From Dicyema japonicum (Eukaryota; Animalia; Dicyemida), in assembly GCA_011109175.1 (NCBI GenBank), contig RDEW01000019.1:308028-372027 (forward strand): a stretch of 64,000 bases of DNA. Direction: 5' to 3'. Below are positions 11,900 to 24,023 of this stretch, piece by piece. The notes under the pieces are model-generated. The model was not told the DNA's origin. It searched no databases and saw only the letters and a program-made list of their open reading frames with translations. Made by a program: the position numbers and the translations under genes. Each line of letters begins with the position of its first letter. Position 1 is the first letter of the stretch.

Positions 11900-13400
11900 G
11901 GTTTTGCTTTGCACAAGGATTTACTTTCCGAACTACAATGATCGGATTTGTGTCGTTCAATTACTTATTGGACTCAGGGCGCAATCTAGACAGCAATGTC
12001 CATCGTGAACGTGTTCGCCCCACATAGTGGCCGCGTTTCTAAAGACCCGGAAGAATTGGACGTTTTCTACCAAAAACTTGCCAAGATTGATCTCACCTAA
12101 AGTCTTCTCATTCCTCCTTATTGCGGGCAATTGGAAAAAAGGGGTACAAAGGATACGAACGTTTTATTTGACCACACGGAAGTGGGATCAGGAACTATCC
12201 TGGCACTGTTCTAGCATATTTCTGCGATGCCTTTGACTTGTTCCTGTGCAACACCCAATTCCAACATTCCGCACGCCACAAAACAACGTGGGTAGGCTCT
12301 CGACTTTCGACCACCGAAATCCGATAAAGATCTGTAATCGATTATATTGTTTTTAGAATAAAATGGAATTCCTCTTACGGGACTCGAGTCTTATGGAGGA
12401 CTACTGATGACAGAGAACACAGAATTGTGTCTTCAAAATTCAACCTAAATCTGATCTAACTGCAAAGGATGACTATGAGATTCTCCACTCAAAATTTAAC
12501 AGATGTAGCCGGGTGGCATAGTGGTTAGGTGTCGGGCTTAAGTGGCTTAGGCTACAGGTTCGAATCTCGCTGCTGTTCACCTGGTGGAAGGTTCCACGCA
12601 TCTACGATGCAGAAAGGGTTTGACGAGTGACGCCGTCATCAGTGGATACTAGTTAAAATTAACTGTTCTTTACTTAAATAAACTGTGTGTCCTGCCTATG
12701 CGGGTTCTCTTGAAAAGGCGTTATTATTATTAGGTCATCCAAACACAATGTACCTACTATTTCAGAGGATCAAGATAGATGTACATGAGTGAATTCTTGG
12801 ACTCGTCAGCAGCACTACAAACAGAATATCAAGAATGTGTCAATTAGAAGTATAGGAACGGATCTTCCACTGGGAAAGACATGGTCCGAAACTGTGAAGG
12901 ATAACCTTTCCGCGTCTACAATCACCTTGAGAAACCTAAACTCTACAGCAGTCAGCATCACTTAAAGCCCCATAGAACCGCTCAGACATAACAGCAGAGC
13001 TGTAAAAATAGGTCAGAACTTGCAGAGAAACTCGCAAGATTGCGGAATGATAGCTAACAAGGACTTTTAAGAGTTTGGAAAAGGGGTACTAAAAACTTTC
13101 GTCCTGTGATTTTTCTGAATACCCTGTGGAAGATTCTTACCCTGATCGTACTTAATTTGACCCAAGAATCAGTGGACAGGTATTTGCTCAAAGCCAAAAT
13201 GGGTTCATGACTAGTTTTTTTTGAATTTTAGGCTATTCATGTGATTAGTTTTTTTTTTGAATTTTATGGAATTATAAAAATGCAATCAACTATCGCGTCT
13301 ACATTCATTAAGATAGTCTTGAACTATTCTGGATCAGATCAGTCTTCACTATTACGTTTTAAACGGATACCCTGTGTGTTGAGAGGGCAATAAAAAAGTT
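11900..13400 (+). mobile_element. Degenerate RTE-like LINE (endonuclease to RT), interrupted by a SINE
   Basis: SIVNVFAPHS, EELDVFYQKL, FLLIAGNW and later FRPVIFLNTLWKILTLIVLN. Confidence 0.6.
12505..12732 (+). mobile_element. tRNA-derived SINE family C with (TTA)n tail
   Basis: A-box GTGGCATAGTGG, B-box GGTTCGAATC and tail TTATTATTATTA; body segments recur at 23355-23410 and 38910-38945. Confidence 0.65.
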
Positions 13401-13810
13401 GAAAGCTGTAATGAGAAAAAAACAGAAATTTCACAGTGTGAAAAACTATATGATTGTGACTTTAACAAATAGTTACAGTTTTTTGTTTTAATAATAAGAG
13501 AGAGGACGAATGCATTTCTCTCAGATGTGAGCCTCGCGAAGGACTCTGCTTGAGGCAGAGGCTCGAAATGGCGGTAATCAGATCAGTGGAACGCCTTCGC
13601 AATCCTGGCTTCTACTAAAAATCTTAATGTTTTTTTTAAAATTGAAAATTTTTAAGTGCTATATTTTAAAATTTAACTGCTATAAAAAATTGCCCTACTA
13701 ATCACCCTGTAAAAGATTTAGGAATATTAGATTTGGTGATAGTGGCTATCATCCGGGTTTGATTCTGAGTAAGAAATACAAGGACCGATTGAATTAAAAT
13801 GACAAAAATG

Positions 13811-14200
13811 TTATGTTGTCCAATTTAGTCGTGTCCGACCCTTGGAGATCTCATGAACGAGGTTCTTCCACTCTTTCCGATCCGTTGCAATTTGGAGTAG
13901 CCTTGATATAGGCATTCCCGTGACGTCTTCCACCGAAGGTCTTCTCTTCCCAGTAATATTGCTCAGCATAATGGTTCTTTCCAATAAATCAGAGCGGACA
14001 ACATGCCCAAAGAACGCCAATCTGTGTTTTACGATTTTTCCCTCTAGCGAAATGTCAGTCTCTACCCGTTTGAGTACATTGATGGTTGTTACTTTGGAGG
14101 TCCAAGGGATTCTTAGTAACCTCCTCCAGCACCACAGCTCAAAAGCATTAATTCTTCGCCTATCCGCCTTTTTCAATGTCCATGATTCTGCGCCGTACAA
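13811..14200 (-). mobile_element. RTE-1/BovB-like LINE 3' end
   Basis: Open frame LYGAESWTLKKADRRRINAFELWCWRRLLRIPWT..FFGHVVR..DRKEWKNLVHEISKGRTRLN. Confidence 0.85.
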
Positions 14201-15591
14201 AAAAACCAAATGACAAAAAAACATGAATTTATTTAAAAACGGATATTTTTTTACTTTTAGGCTACGAATGTTTAAACTAACCAAATTATGGAAAAAAATA
14301 TGTGTTATGTTTACGACATCATACTGACCTGAGAAAAAATTTAGTCTACTTAAGCACATGATGAGTAAGAACGCAATAATTTGAATATCTGAGAGAGAGG
14401 ACGCCAGAGTAGTTCTTATTAATAGAATCCCAAATATATAGCATCTGGTCAAGTTTCAACAAGGTCAAGGCTCACATTAACATTTCTTTAGTTAAAAAAT
14501 TACTGATTATAACGGGCCATGCTTCTAAGCAAGACGAAGATCAGGAGAAGGAAGTACCGAAGCATTTCGGAGGATCACTTATTTTTCATGTTTTTTCTTT
14601 AATGGTATTAATAGGATTAAAGCTGAAGACAATTGAAAATGGATATTTCCCCGTCGCTTAGTGCTTGGTAATTTTATATTTATAAACTTTCTTCGTCAAA
14701 ACATCTAACAATTTTTGCGATTCAGTCGCAAAGAGAGTTTTTCAAATCAACGTTTCAAAGTTTGATTAAAACGTTCTATCTCACTTTGAGACTGGTCTTC
14801 CATAAATAAAAATAGAGTACCTTTAAAGATTGCAGAGTAAAGCTTAAAATACCTATCTAATTTATAAGCTTAATAAATAGTGTCATGGATAAGTGGAGAG
14901 TATAATTGAAAATAACAAGAGCGTTAGAGACCTCAACCCATAGAGGCAGAGCTTGCAAGGAGATAGCGTGCTGATGCAACTCTGCTTTGTGTATCGAATT
15001 TTTAAGTAGATTGCTCACCAGAACCATCACCAAATAACTTTATATGTAAAAGCACTCAGTCTCCTGCAGGAAAAATGCAGGCAGATCTCCCAGGCACATG
15101 GCCATGAACGAAGTAGCTAGACGAGACTTTGGATACTGAGAACACCCTTCTATGCTCAAACCAGTCGGACTTTGCAGATTTGATCGAAGACGATTTGATG
15201 GGATGTCCATATTCCACTTTAAAGCCGGAAAACCTCTTGTCTAACATTTCACCGTACCCACACGTTCGCTTTTTGTGATCTAAACAAAAGCGCCTCTGTA
15301 GACTGCCAAGCGATTTGGGGATAATCTATTACTGTTAACTCCATGTAGTTCCATATGTCATGACATAGGATTATATAGTTACTATATTCCACATTGGATA
15401 CTCAAACAGATCATACATACAAGCACCTGTGCTCAAGAAAACCATTGAGAACGTCTCCTTGACGCCCATAACGCGAGTCCAGGAAGAGTCGACCAAAATG
15501 AGAGATACCACCTAATAGCCAAGTTGTTCTCCGATAATAAAAATAATAAAATTAAATAGACATAAAATAATAAATTAATCAAAATAACAAA

Positions 15592-16186
15592 TTATTTTTT
15601 GTGGCCATTTAAATCATAAGGAAAGTGATATTCCTCATTGTCATACTTTGGCATGTAATGCATGTAGTTAGTGTGACTCCCATAGTCAATCCTCTGAGGG
15701 TCATAGAAGTGATCGAGACCACCATATGGATTTGGAAAATAATCATTGATATCATAGTAGTCCATTGGGTATCCTTCATGATATGGGAAGACGTTTTGAC
15801 TTGGGGGATAGCGAGACATTTCCATGTTATAGAGATAAGGGGGACAATGATTCATTTGTGGTTTTATAAATTCTGCCAATCTCTTAGCCAAGTCAATCTT
15901 CTTTCCAGAAAGGTTGATTCGGTTTTTAAGCTCAGTCTTGATATCCTCCAATTTCCAGTTTATCATCAGTTCCCTGATTACTCCCACGTTGTCCTTGTTG
16001 CCTGAGAAATCACTTGGCAGACCTATAACCCATTAATCCTCAACTTACTGAGCTTTTGACATCTGGCTTTTGAGTTGTCAACGACAGGCTCGTAAAAGTA
16101 GACTTTGGTGTCCTGAAATGAAAATTGGAGCATACATGGCTTTTGGTTTTGATATATTTAGGTTTGGTCCTTACCAACTTCTTCAT
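15592..16186 (-). CDS. SAP-domain protein with Tyr/Pro-rich C-terminal tail, 181 aa, 3 exons
   Basis: Introns at 16135-16113 (23 nt) and 16048-16023 (26 nt) give a 546-nt in-frame CDS. SAP motif WKLEDIKTELKNRINLSGKKIDLAKRL. A/T islands on both sides. Confidence 0.7.
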
Positions 16187-17317
16187 ATGTGCTACCACTA
16201 GATTTTCACGTTATATTATTCATTTTCCTTTTATAGAGATAATCAGAAAAAAGACGGGAAGGAAATTTAAACGTATTTATTTAATCAAATTAATTTTTAG
16301 TTAATTAATTAAAATTATTATTTACTCATTTTATACCAAAAATATTTAAAATATCAAAATATGGACAACAGTTTATATTTTTTCACTTGGAAGCTTATTG
16401 GGTCAACTCTGTATTCAGTTATTTTGGAAGTCGATCGGAGCTTCATTCCTTTATCCTCATAGAAGTTTTAACACGAGGTAACCTGACACGTCTTGGCACT
16501 CATCAAAAACGAGATGCTTTGAAGAATGACCGGAAGCAATTTGAGGACTCTGTAACATCTCTACGTTTCCTCAATTCAGGAATATCGCATTTGAGTTAAC
16601 CATAGACACACGTGGAACTGTCTCGTTGGAGACTATGCCATGAACATTTTTGTGCCACCTACTGGAAAAAGCTAAGAATTATCAACAGTCTTGTTAACGA
16701 GAATGACAGCGGAGAATCTCTCAGTCCCTTACAGTCAACTTATAATCACGTGGATGCCACAAGTCACAAGAACTTGGATCGTTCTATAAGGATGGAGTAC
16801 TGCAACGAAAATGAAGAGGGACTGGATAAAACCTATGGAGTCTACAGCTTACTATTACACCCAGCTGACTCAAAACACTATGGACTGGGCTTCGAGAATC
16901 CACAACCACTGGCGACTCAACAATAGAAAACAGGAGATCCCCGCTAGTCTAGAGCGCTCATCACAAGAATGAACTTATATGTTCCACACAGCGGAAGAAT
17001 GTTTCATGACATCGAAGAACTTGACGTGTTCTACTCTGAACTTACAAATCATACACGGTTACGTCTTTATTGATTTTCATCCCTGGAGATCGACATGAGG
17101 ACAGAGTGGAAATCACAACAAAGGTACCAGAGACTTCCCAGGAGATGCATTTATCAATTTTGCAAGACGTCCAATCTTCTCTTATGTAACACAGTATTCC
17201 GACACTCCGCACGACACATAACTTGATTACATCATCTCCCATCACTAAGATAAATGCCTACTATGTGACTCGCGGTACATGGTGGAGCTACTACAGAAAG
17301 TGATATTATTAGGCTTT

Positions 17318-17745
17318 TTGGTAAGCCCAGCACAAACACTCATAGCTAATTAATCCAAGGAAGGAACCCAAGGGAGAACATTTGCTTGTGCCGACCAAAT
17401 ACATCTTCCAATAGTACATTACAGGCTTCCGCTTCAGAAGAGAGGTGGAAAAGTAGGTCCGCCCTCTTCCATTTTCATCACACGTACTACCGTCGCGGAT
17501 ATCACTTTATTCTTCGGCGGAATAGTTTTATAATGTAATCTTCACCAGAGGATTTGGTCATGGAGAAGGTAAGAAGATCCCTTTCAACTACTGTGTCGTA
17601 CCAGAAGGACTCGTCGCCTTACGGATGGATCTGTTTGACAAGTATTGACCATCGTTGAAAACTCCACTTTTCGGATTCGAACCCACGACCTTCAGATCCG
17701 ACGTCATCAGACGTTACGTTCTGTCAGAAGCCACAGAAAGTGATC
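17318..17745 (-). mobile_element. tRNA-derived SINE family B, inverted copy
   Basis: The reverse complement carries GGATCTGAAGGTCGTGGGTTCGAATCC and aligns with 9245-9660. Confidence 0.7.
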
Positions 17746-19133
17746 ACAGTATTATCTCGGCTAGGGTTGATCTCAAAAAATGCTTAATTCAGCAAAAAAG
17801 AGAGAAATCCTCTCAAGAAGATATCCAAGTAATGAGCTATGCTTCTCTCTTAAAAACCGAAGGACTATCAACACTTTCTCGATAACTCTTCAACCTTCGA
17901 CCTCCTGGACCAATTTTATGAAGGTGATCCATCACGAAGAAAAATCTCGGAATCCGGCCACGTCAACAACAAAAATCGTCAAAAACATTCAAATCGTGGC
18001 CAAAAGCATGAAATCTGTCAGGTCATCGCGAATACAACCGACGAGCCATACGTAATAAAATGCAGAATAGGAAAGTTGAACAGCTTGCATCTGATAATCA
18101 AGATTGGAAGATATTGGAAATCGAAAAACATAAGAACACTGCCTGATGCTCGCTGTTACCATAGGACTCGAAAAGGCAATAATCTGAGAATTCATGTTCA
18201 GAATGGAAGGGGGATAACCCGCTACAATTTCATAAATCATTGCTGACTACTTTGAGAGTCAATTCTATATTGAGATGATCGAGCAGTTCTTTGAGGAAAA
18301 GAAACCTCTCAGTACAAAATCACTTCATAGAAATCAGGACAAAAAAGATGAAGAACAGTCATGCTGCGTGACCCTACGGCATCCGTTCGGAACTGCTGAA
18401 ATATGGATCAGAGAGTTTCTTTACCATAATCGCAAACATACTAAACAACGTGAATTCGACATTCCCACAGGGAAAATGATTCTTCCTATTCAAAAACCTA
18501 ACAAGAGAGATGGCATACTAGAAAATCTACCCCCAGTCATTGATTATTTTAGAACATGTGCCAACTGTATCAATACCTCTCTCTGTGTCAATGTGGATTC
18601 AGAAATGGAAGATCAATAGAGGATGCAACAGTGGCGCAGTGAAATTTGTCAGATTCAAGTGCGCCACGAAATGCTTGGAATATCACCCTTTCAGCACTAT
18701 CCGCCGCGAGAACTTATAGAAATTCTATCTACCTTCCTTGACCAAGATTCAATACGCATGACACGTGTATTATTAGCCGACAATGGCTGAAATTAGGGAA
18801 CGAGTTAGAAACCAATGTGGGAACATCTAAGGTGACTCACTATCGACGTTGCTCTTCGTTGTCTTCTTAGAGACGGCACTCTGTGACCACAACCTCCGAA
18901 ATATTGTATGAACAATGTGACTTTATATCAGATGATGAAACAGCCATGAGACTCTCGCTCAGGCCCCGGAAGCATTACAAAAATGTCTCCATTTGTATAT
19001 TAAAAAACGGTGAAAATCAGCAGATTTGACACCAGAATAAATGAATTCTGGGGACACATCAAAAAGCTGGTTCTATATTGGGTGACAGTGAAGACATCGT
19101 ACGACGAAAAGTTCGGCAAAGAAAGCCATAAAC

Positions 19134-19603
19134 CAGGGGTTCCCAACCTGTGGTGCGAGATTTTAAAAAATTTATAGTTAATTTTTTTGCAGTTCAGTAG
19201 TAAAAAATGTATCCACGATTATTTCAAACGGCTTCATATGAACTAATTCCATTTGCAACGACATACTTGTGTATATCAGGATTCAGCTCTCTTTTGGCGA
19301 TTAAAAATAAATACGTAAATCGCCTGAATCCAGAACATTCGGATTGCGACTAGCAACAAAATCCCGAGATTCGACAAAAACATTAAAAACAAGAACAAAA
19401 AACCATTAATTGTTTACTTTTGTTTTCTTTATTTTTGTTAATTTAAAGTTTATTGTGTTTGATTGTTAATTTTTTTATTTTTTTATGGATTAGCAAACTT
19501 TCGGTTAAATAAAAATAATATAAATTGAAAATGTTTTTGTGGGTGCGAGAGTTTATGAAAAAAGATTAAGGGGTGCAAGCTCAAAAAAGGTAGGGAAACC
19601 ATG
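19134..19603 (+). mobile_element. Buster-type hAT non-autonomous element, 470 bp
   Basis: Imperfect TIRs CAGGGGTTCCCAACC / GGTAGGGAAACCATG, imperfect 8-bp TSD CCATAAAC/TCCTAAAC, and residual LIPFATTYLCISGFSSLLAIKNKY. Confidence 0.65.
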
Positions 19604-19879
19604 TCCTAAACACTGTACGAAGAGACTGCATAAGAAAATGCTCAACATCCATCGACTCTGTAACCGATTCTATAGCTCGTGAAACCTACGCTCGCATATA
19701 ACTGTTATACTTGGAAGATATCAAACCAAGAATTGGACATGCTAGAATCTTTTTATCGAAAGCGAATAAGAATAATTCACAAAAACAATTTATTAACGGT
19801 TGATTTTTGGTTTTCTGGAGGTATATCTGAGTCCTACCATAAGCCTTGGACTCTACACCCTTCCTTCTTTTTTAATTTT

Positions 19880-20420
19880 CTCAAAACATTTCTCCCAGTT
19901 TTATGTATGTGTTCTGGATCTTTGATCTCCTCCTGGAACAGTTGATCCGATCATCTACAATCCTGCTAATTGGTACTAGCAGATTGTCTTCGTCCTCGCT
20001 TATACAGTCTCTTAGTTTCCGATATGGACAGGGTCCACATACTCGAGTCTTTCGCAGGGACACTGTTTCAGTCGCCTCTATCATAATTTCTAGGTTTCTA
20101 GGCAGAATTTCCATTCGGGAATATTTCCTTAGTAGGTTTGCTGCCTTCACTTGAATGTTGCATATTTTGTCCAAATTCGTTGCAGAAAGTTAGATCCCAA
20201 GACATTACATGCGTATCCTATTGTATCCTCGATTAACTGTTTGTAAATGACCTAAGTCAATAACTACATGTTTTGTAAAGGTAAGAAGGTGTCAAAGGTA
20301 ACTCCCATGATTTTCTGTTATTTGTTTTGGGGGATATTCTTCCCATCCAGTGTGGCGTCAATTGATACTTTCCCTAGTCTTCTGTTTGGTGTGAATAGGG
20401 TCAACACCGACTTCTCTGGG
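19880..20420 (-). mobile_element. I/Jockey-group LINE RT C-terminal remnant
   Basis: EKSVLTLFTPNRRLGKVSIDATLDGKNIPK..MGVTFDTFL, homologous to the 48602-50170 ORF. Confidence 0.6.
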
Positions 20421-20439
20421 CTAGCAGTCAATTGATTTT

Positions 20440-20850
20440 ACGTGGAATGATGTCGTGAAATGAGCACTGGAGTCTACCAGAGACCCTTCCATTCTGGAAC
20501 CAGGTAGCCTGGGCAGGCGTGACAGAAACTGGTCGTACGGAATAACAATCTTTCCGTTCGAGAAAGGATTCCGTTTATTTGGGATGCAACATTTGTCGAC
20601 TCTGTCTCCCATCAAAATCATCGGGAGCGCAGTAAAGGCACTTTCAATCGCAGAGAAAACAGAAAGATTAAGGAAAGCAAGTACAGAGGACCGTTATACT
20701 TTTAGCACCACTGCTGTTGACACGACTAGCGAGATTAGCAGCAAGTTCCTTCTTCAAGAAACTGGGACGTATTGCTTCACTCAGAAGTCATGATGGCCGT
20801 TAAATGCGATGGATTATCTAGTTGATCCTTATAGCATTCACAAGGGCATC
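20440..20850 (+). mobile_element. CRE-clade LINE restriction-like endonuclease remnant
   Basis: ILEPGSLGRRD..GITIFPFEKG, IWDATFVDS and AEK..RYTF..AVDT. Confidence 0.6.
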
Positions 20851-21101
20851 AAGTCTTGGTGAATAAAATAATAAAATGAAAAAAATCCAAAACCACAGTA
20901 ATACCAAATTAACTAATCACGTAATCCCGGCACGCTCCGAAAAAGACTTCAGCTTGGTACGAGGGCATACAAGTATGCATCAGTCATATAACTTGTTCCC
21001 CATAGTACTTAGTTCTTACGTATTTAAAATTATCATCACTAAAAACTTTAACTTAAAAAATGTAGTTATTAATAATAAAAACAACCAAAAATAATTAAAA
21101 A

Positions 21102-22521
21102 TCAATCAAAACAAGAATTAACAGCATCAAAAAACTTTGTAGCATCCTCCTCATTAGTAAAGCTAAGTAAAGTGGACTTTAACTGTCCCTCCAATGTACT
21201 AACAAAAACACTCTTTTACTACTCTTCATCTCCATCTTTGACTTACTAGACAGCACTGTGTTCAGTAATAGTAAGCCAGTCGCAGCTTCTGTTCTCATAA
21301 ATACGTGACTTTGACCATTCTTTTGCACATACACTTTCCCCACACCTTTCTTCGTCCAATTTGAATCCTCAAGGAAATACAGTACACATTGCCCGGAAAA
21401 GATAGATTCCTCAGAGTCAGGATCTTCAATTACCACATTATCTGGGATATCATCAAAATCATCCTCCTTCACCGGTTGTTGTAGGTTGGCAAATGGATTC
21501 ACATACGGCACTTCTGGTAGCTTATAAGATGAATTCCCCAAACTGAATGGATTAGAGTCACACGTGGATGGTTGACCGAATGGATTAGTCGATTGTATAG
21601 ATGTAAGTGGTGAACCAAATGGATTAGTTGATTGAATAGATGTCAGTGGTGACCCAAATAGATTAGTCGATTGAAGAGACATGGATGGTTGTGAGGGTAA
21701 TGAAAATATATTAGTGCCTAGAGGTGGAGTGGTGGGAATAGAAAAGGGAGTACTAAAAGAAGGTAATTTCTGAAATGACGAGGTGGGTAGGGCCGATAAA
21801 AATGGAATGCTTGTATTTGAGGTCACATTCTCTAAGGTCTTGTTAGTTGTGAGAGGGGGAGTACATTCGGTGGTGATTTTGTCACAATTGACTGATAATG
21901 GCATGACAACAGAAGGCTTTTCATGGTTAATATTTGGGGACATTTTGGGTACCTCGATATTTGAAGTGGTGGAGGCATTGAAGAGCTCGTTTAGGGCCAA
22001 TTTCCCTCTGGTTATCTTCGGTTGTTCCATACTTGGAGTATCAACCACGTGCTGATGATCTGAAGGAAGGGTACGAGAGAAATCCCTTTCAATACTGTCA
22101 AAATGTCTGATGTAATCACGGAGAGTTGGTCGGAGATCGACGGGAGTGGTTTCTGAGTAGTACAACTTGAGGGAGTTAATAAAGTCGGCGTTCAGTTTTT
22201 TCACACGTGCAATCATTCCCTCCTTTTTGGACGAATTGTCGGCTTTTGGAGTTATCTCCTGAATAGGGGGATCTGGGGTTTTCATGGATTGTTTAGAGAA
22301 ATTGAATCCCGAGAAGTTCTTGAATGAATTCGCTTCGGAATTTGACGGTGTAATGGCGAATCTTCTCACTGCTTTGTAAATCTTCCTCTCCTTAGGAGGT
22401 TCGGGATCTGAATCTTCGCTGAGCTGTTCCTCTACTTCCTATGAATCATATTTTAGTAATATACTTCACAATCAGGGTCGACTCCTCTTACAAGCTCACT
22501 TTTAGCTTTCCTCTTTGGCAT
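21102..22521 (-). CDS. NUP50: Nuclear pore protein NUP50 (importin-alpha binding N-terminus, FG region, RanBD)
   Basis: MPKRKAKSEL..KERKIYKAVRRF after a 26-nt intron (22464-22439); helical segment KKLNADFINSLK..DLRPTLRDYIRHF; NPFG repeats; RanBD WTKKGVGKVYV..VFMRTEAATGLLLLN. A frame shift near 21205 is needed to reach the stop at 21102. Confidence 0.85.
21576..21676 (-). repeat. 39-bp coding tandem repeat (about 2.6 copies) encoding NUP50 FG units
   Basis: QSTNLFGSPLTSI / QSTNPFGSPLTSI / QSTNPFG. Confidence 0.85.
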
Positions 22522-22699
22522 AGACACAAAGTAAGTGGGGTTATTTATTTATTTTTAAATTTAATTCTTATTTTCATAATTTTTTAATATAGTAAAAATG
22601 GTTAAATTTCAACGAATTATTCTAAAAATATAGTTTTTATCAAATTTTAATATACTCAAAATTGTTAATATAGTTTTATCGTGGTTAAGCAAAACAATT

Positions 22700-23345
22700 G
22701 ATTGCGGACAGTGATAAAATGGTCACATAATGGCCGCCCTGATTGCGTGGCTATTCCCTTTCAGGATGGAAAAAGAAAATTGCTCAAATAACCAACAGCG
22801 CGCACGGGATCTCCTGATCGTGTAGAAATCCGATTCACTATACGATTCAAGAATTTTAGCGTCACAGACGCAAGGGAACCAGATGTCTGAACGACGAGTG
22901 GTACTGTACTTTGCCTGTTTCAACTATCTGTTTTTTTCAGCGGGGTTAATTATAGTAAAATGGTACTGTAATATTGCGATAACCAATGCCGGACAAAATC
23001 CAGATGGTTCCAGATTTCAATCACGTTGCTGTCATTCTGGTGAAGACTCCATGCATCTACGGTGTTTCATGGACTGACGCACCATATCTCTTATTCCTTG
23101 ATTAAAATCAAATTAAAAATTTTTCAAAGACCAAGAGTAACCAAACTAACTAACTCCTTGATCCTGACTCGTTCCAGTGTTCCAGAACACGTGGCAGGTA
23201 ACGACATTGTACCCCAAGGAAGAATAGTTGGATCCTCTTGATGCCGACCAGGCATTGAGCGTTTCCTCAGTAAGGTGGATCCAATGACACCATCGGAGGG
23301 TAAGAAAATAATTTTTGTCCAACTAGCAACATAGCACCACGCAGG
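22700..23345 (-). mobile_element. 5' end of an RTE-like LINE (5' UTR plus endonuclease fragment)
   Basis: Homologous to 2890-3215; the UTR part is the inverted counterpart of 25135-25355. Confidence 0.55.
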
Positions 23346-24023
23346 CGGACAGCCATTTGATTGATTAATTAACTGTTCTTTCCTTCTTAAATGAAGTTTG
23401 TGTCTCCTAAAGTATGAGTAATGGAAACATTACTATTTCTAGGCGGAAGGGTTAAACTGATTATCGCAGAACATTCATGAGAAGATTAGTGCAAAGAGGA
23501 GTTTGGAATAATATTCCCGGTTTGATTTTAAGTGAATATTTTTTATTACCCTCGAGGAATTAACTTTCAACTCTTCCTTACCCCTTCTCCACATCTGAGT
23601 TAGTAGTCTTTCCACTTCCCACATCCACTCTGATGCTTTCGAAACTTCAGTTCACAAGTTGGTTGGAAGCAGAGGTATAAGAACATAGACTATCCGAGAA
23701 ATGGGAGTTGGGTGCCCAGGTTTGGGGGTTAAAAGAGTACAGTATGGTTAAAAAAGCGTCGTTTGAGTCCATGATGTTGCCCCACCTCATCGCAAGAGGA
23801 GAGCAAGATGCTACGCCATCCAAGTCTCGGTGTTTAAGAATATATAGAGATTGCAAGTCTTTCAACACTACGTTCCATAATTTTTAACACAAATATTGTG
23901 ATAAGTTGAGATGGCTTCTTTTGTGTCTGCAGAGGAATTCTATCGGCCAAGGATGTTTAACCAAAATTCTATATTATTTTGATCTGATTTGTTTTTTGAG
24001 GTTTAGGTCGTGATATTCAAAGT

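Larger units (their letters stand above)
16620..19800 (+). mobile_element. Degenerate RTE-like LINE with nested SINE and MITE
   Basis: Endonuclease pieces (KHYGLGF, EELDVFYSEL), RT pieces (ILPIQKPNK..ENLPPVI) and C-terminal pieces (LAYNCYTW..ESFYRKRIR). Confidence 0.6.

Noticed and set aside
12505-12580. Possible tRNA gene
   Set aside because: Acceptor and anticodon stems do not pair well, and it runs into a repeat body and (TTA)n tail, so it is a SINE head.
13811-14452. 213-aa ORF apparently fusing a hydrophobic N-terminus to an RTE C-terminus
   Set aside because: The N-terminal part is AT-rich sequence that is open by chance and starts at TTG; there is no evidence it is coding.
14230-15530. 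Plus-strand exon-like blocks with tiny-intron-like gaps
   Set aside because: Stops in all frames and no recognisable domain; not enough to support a feature.
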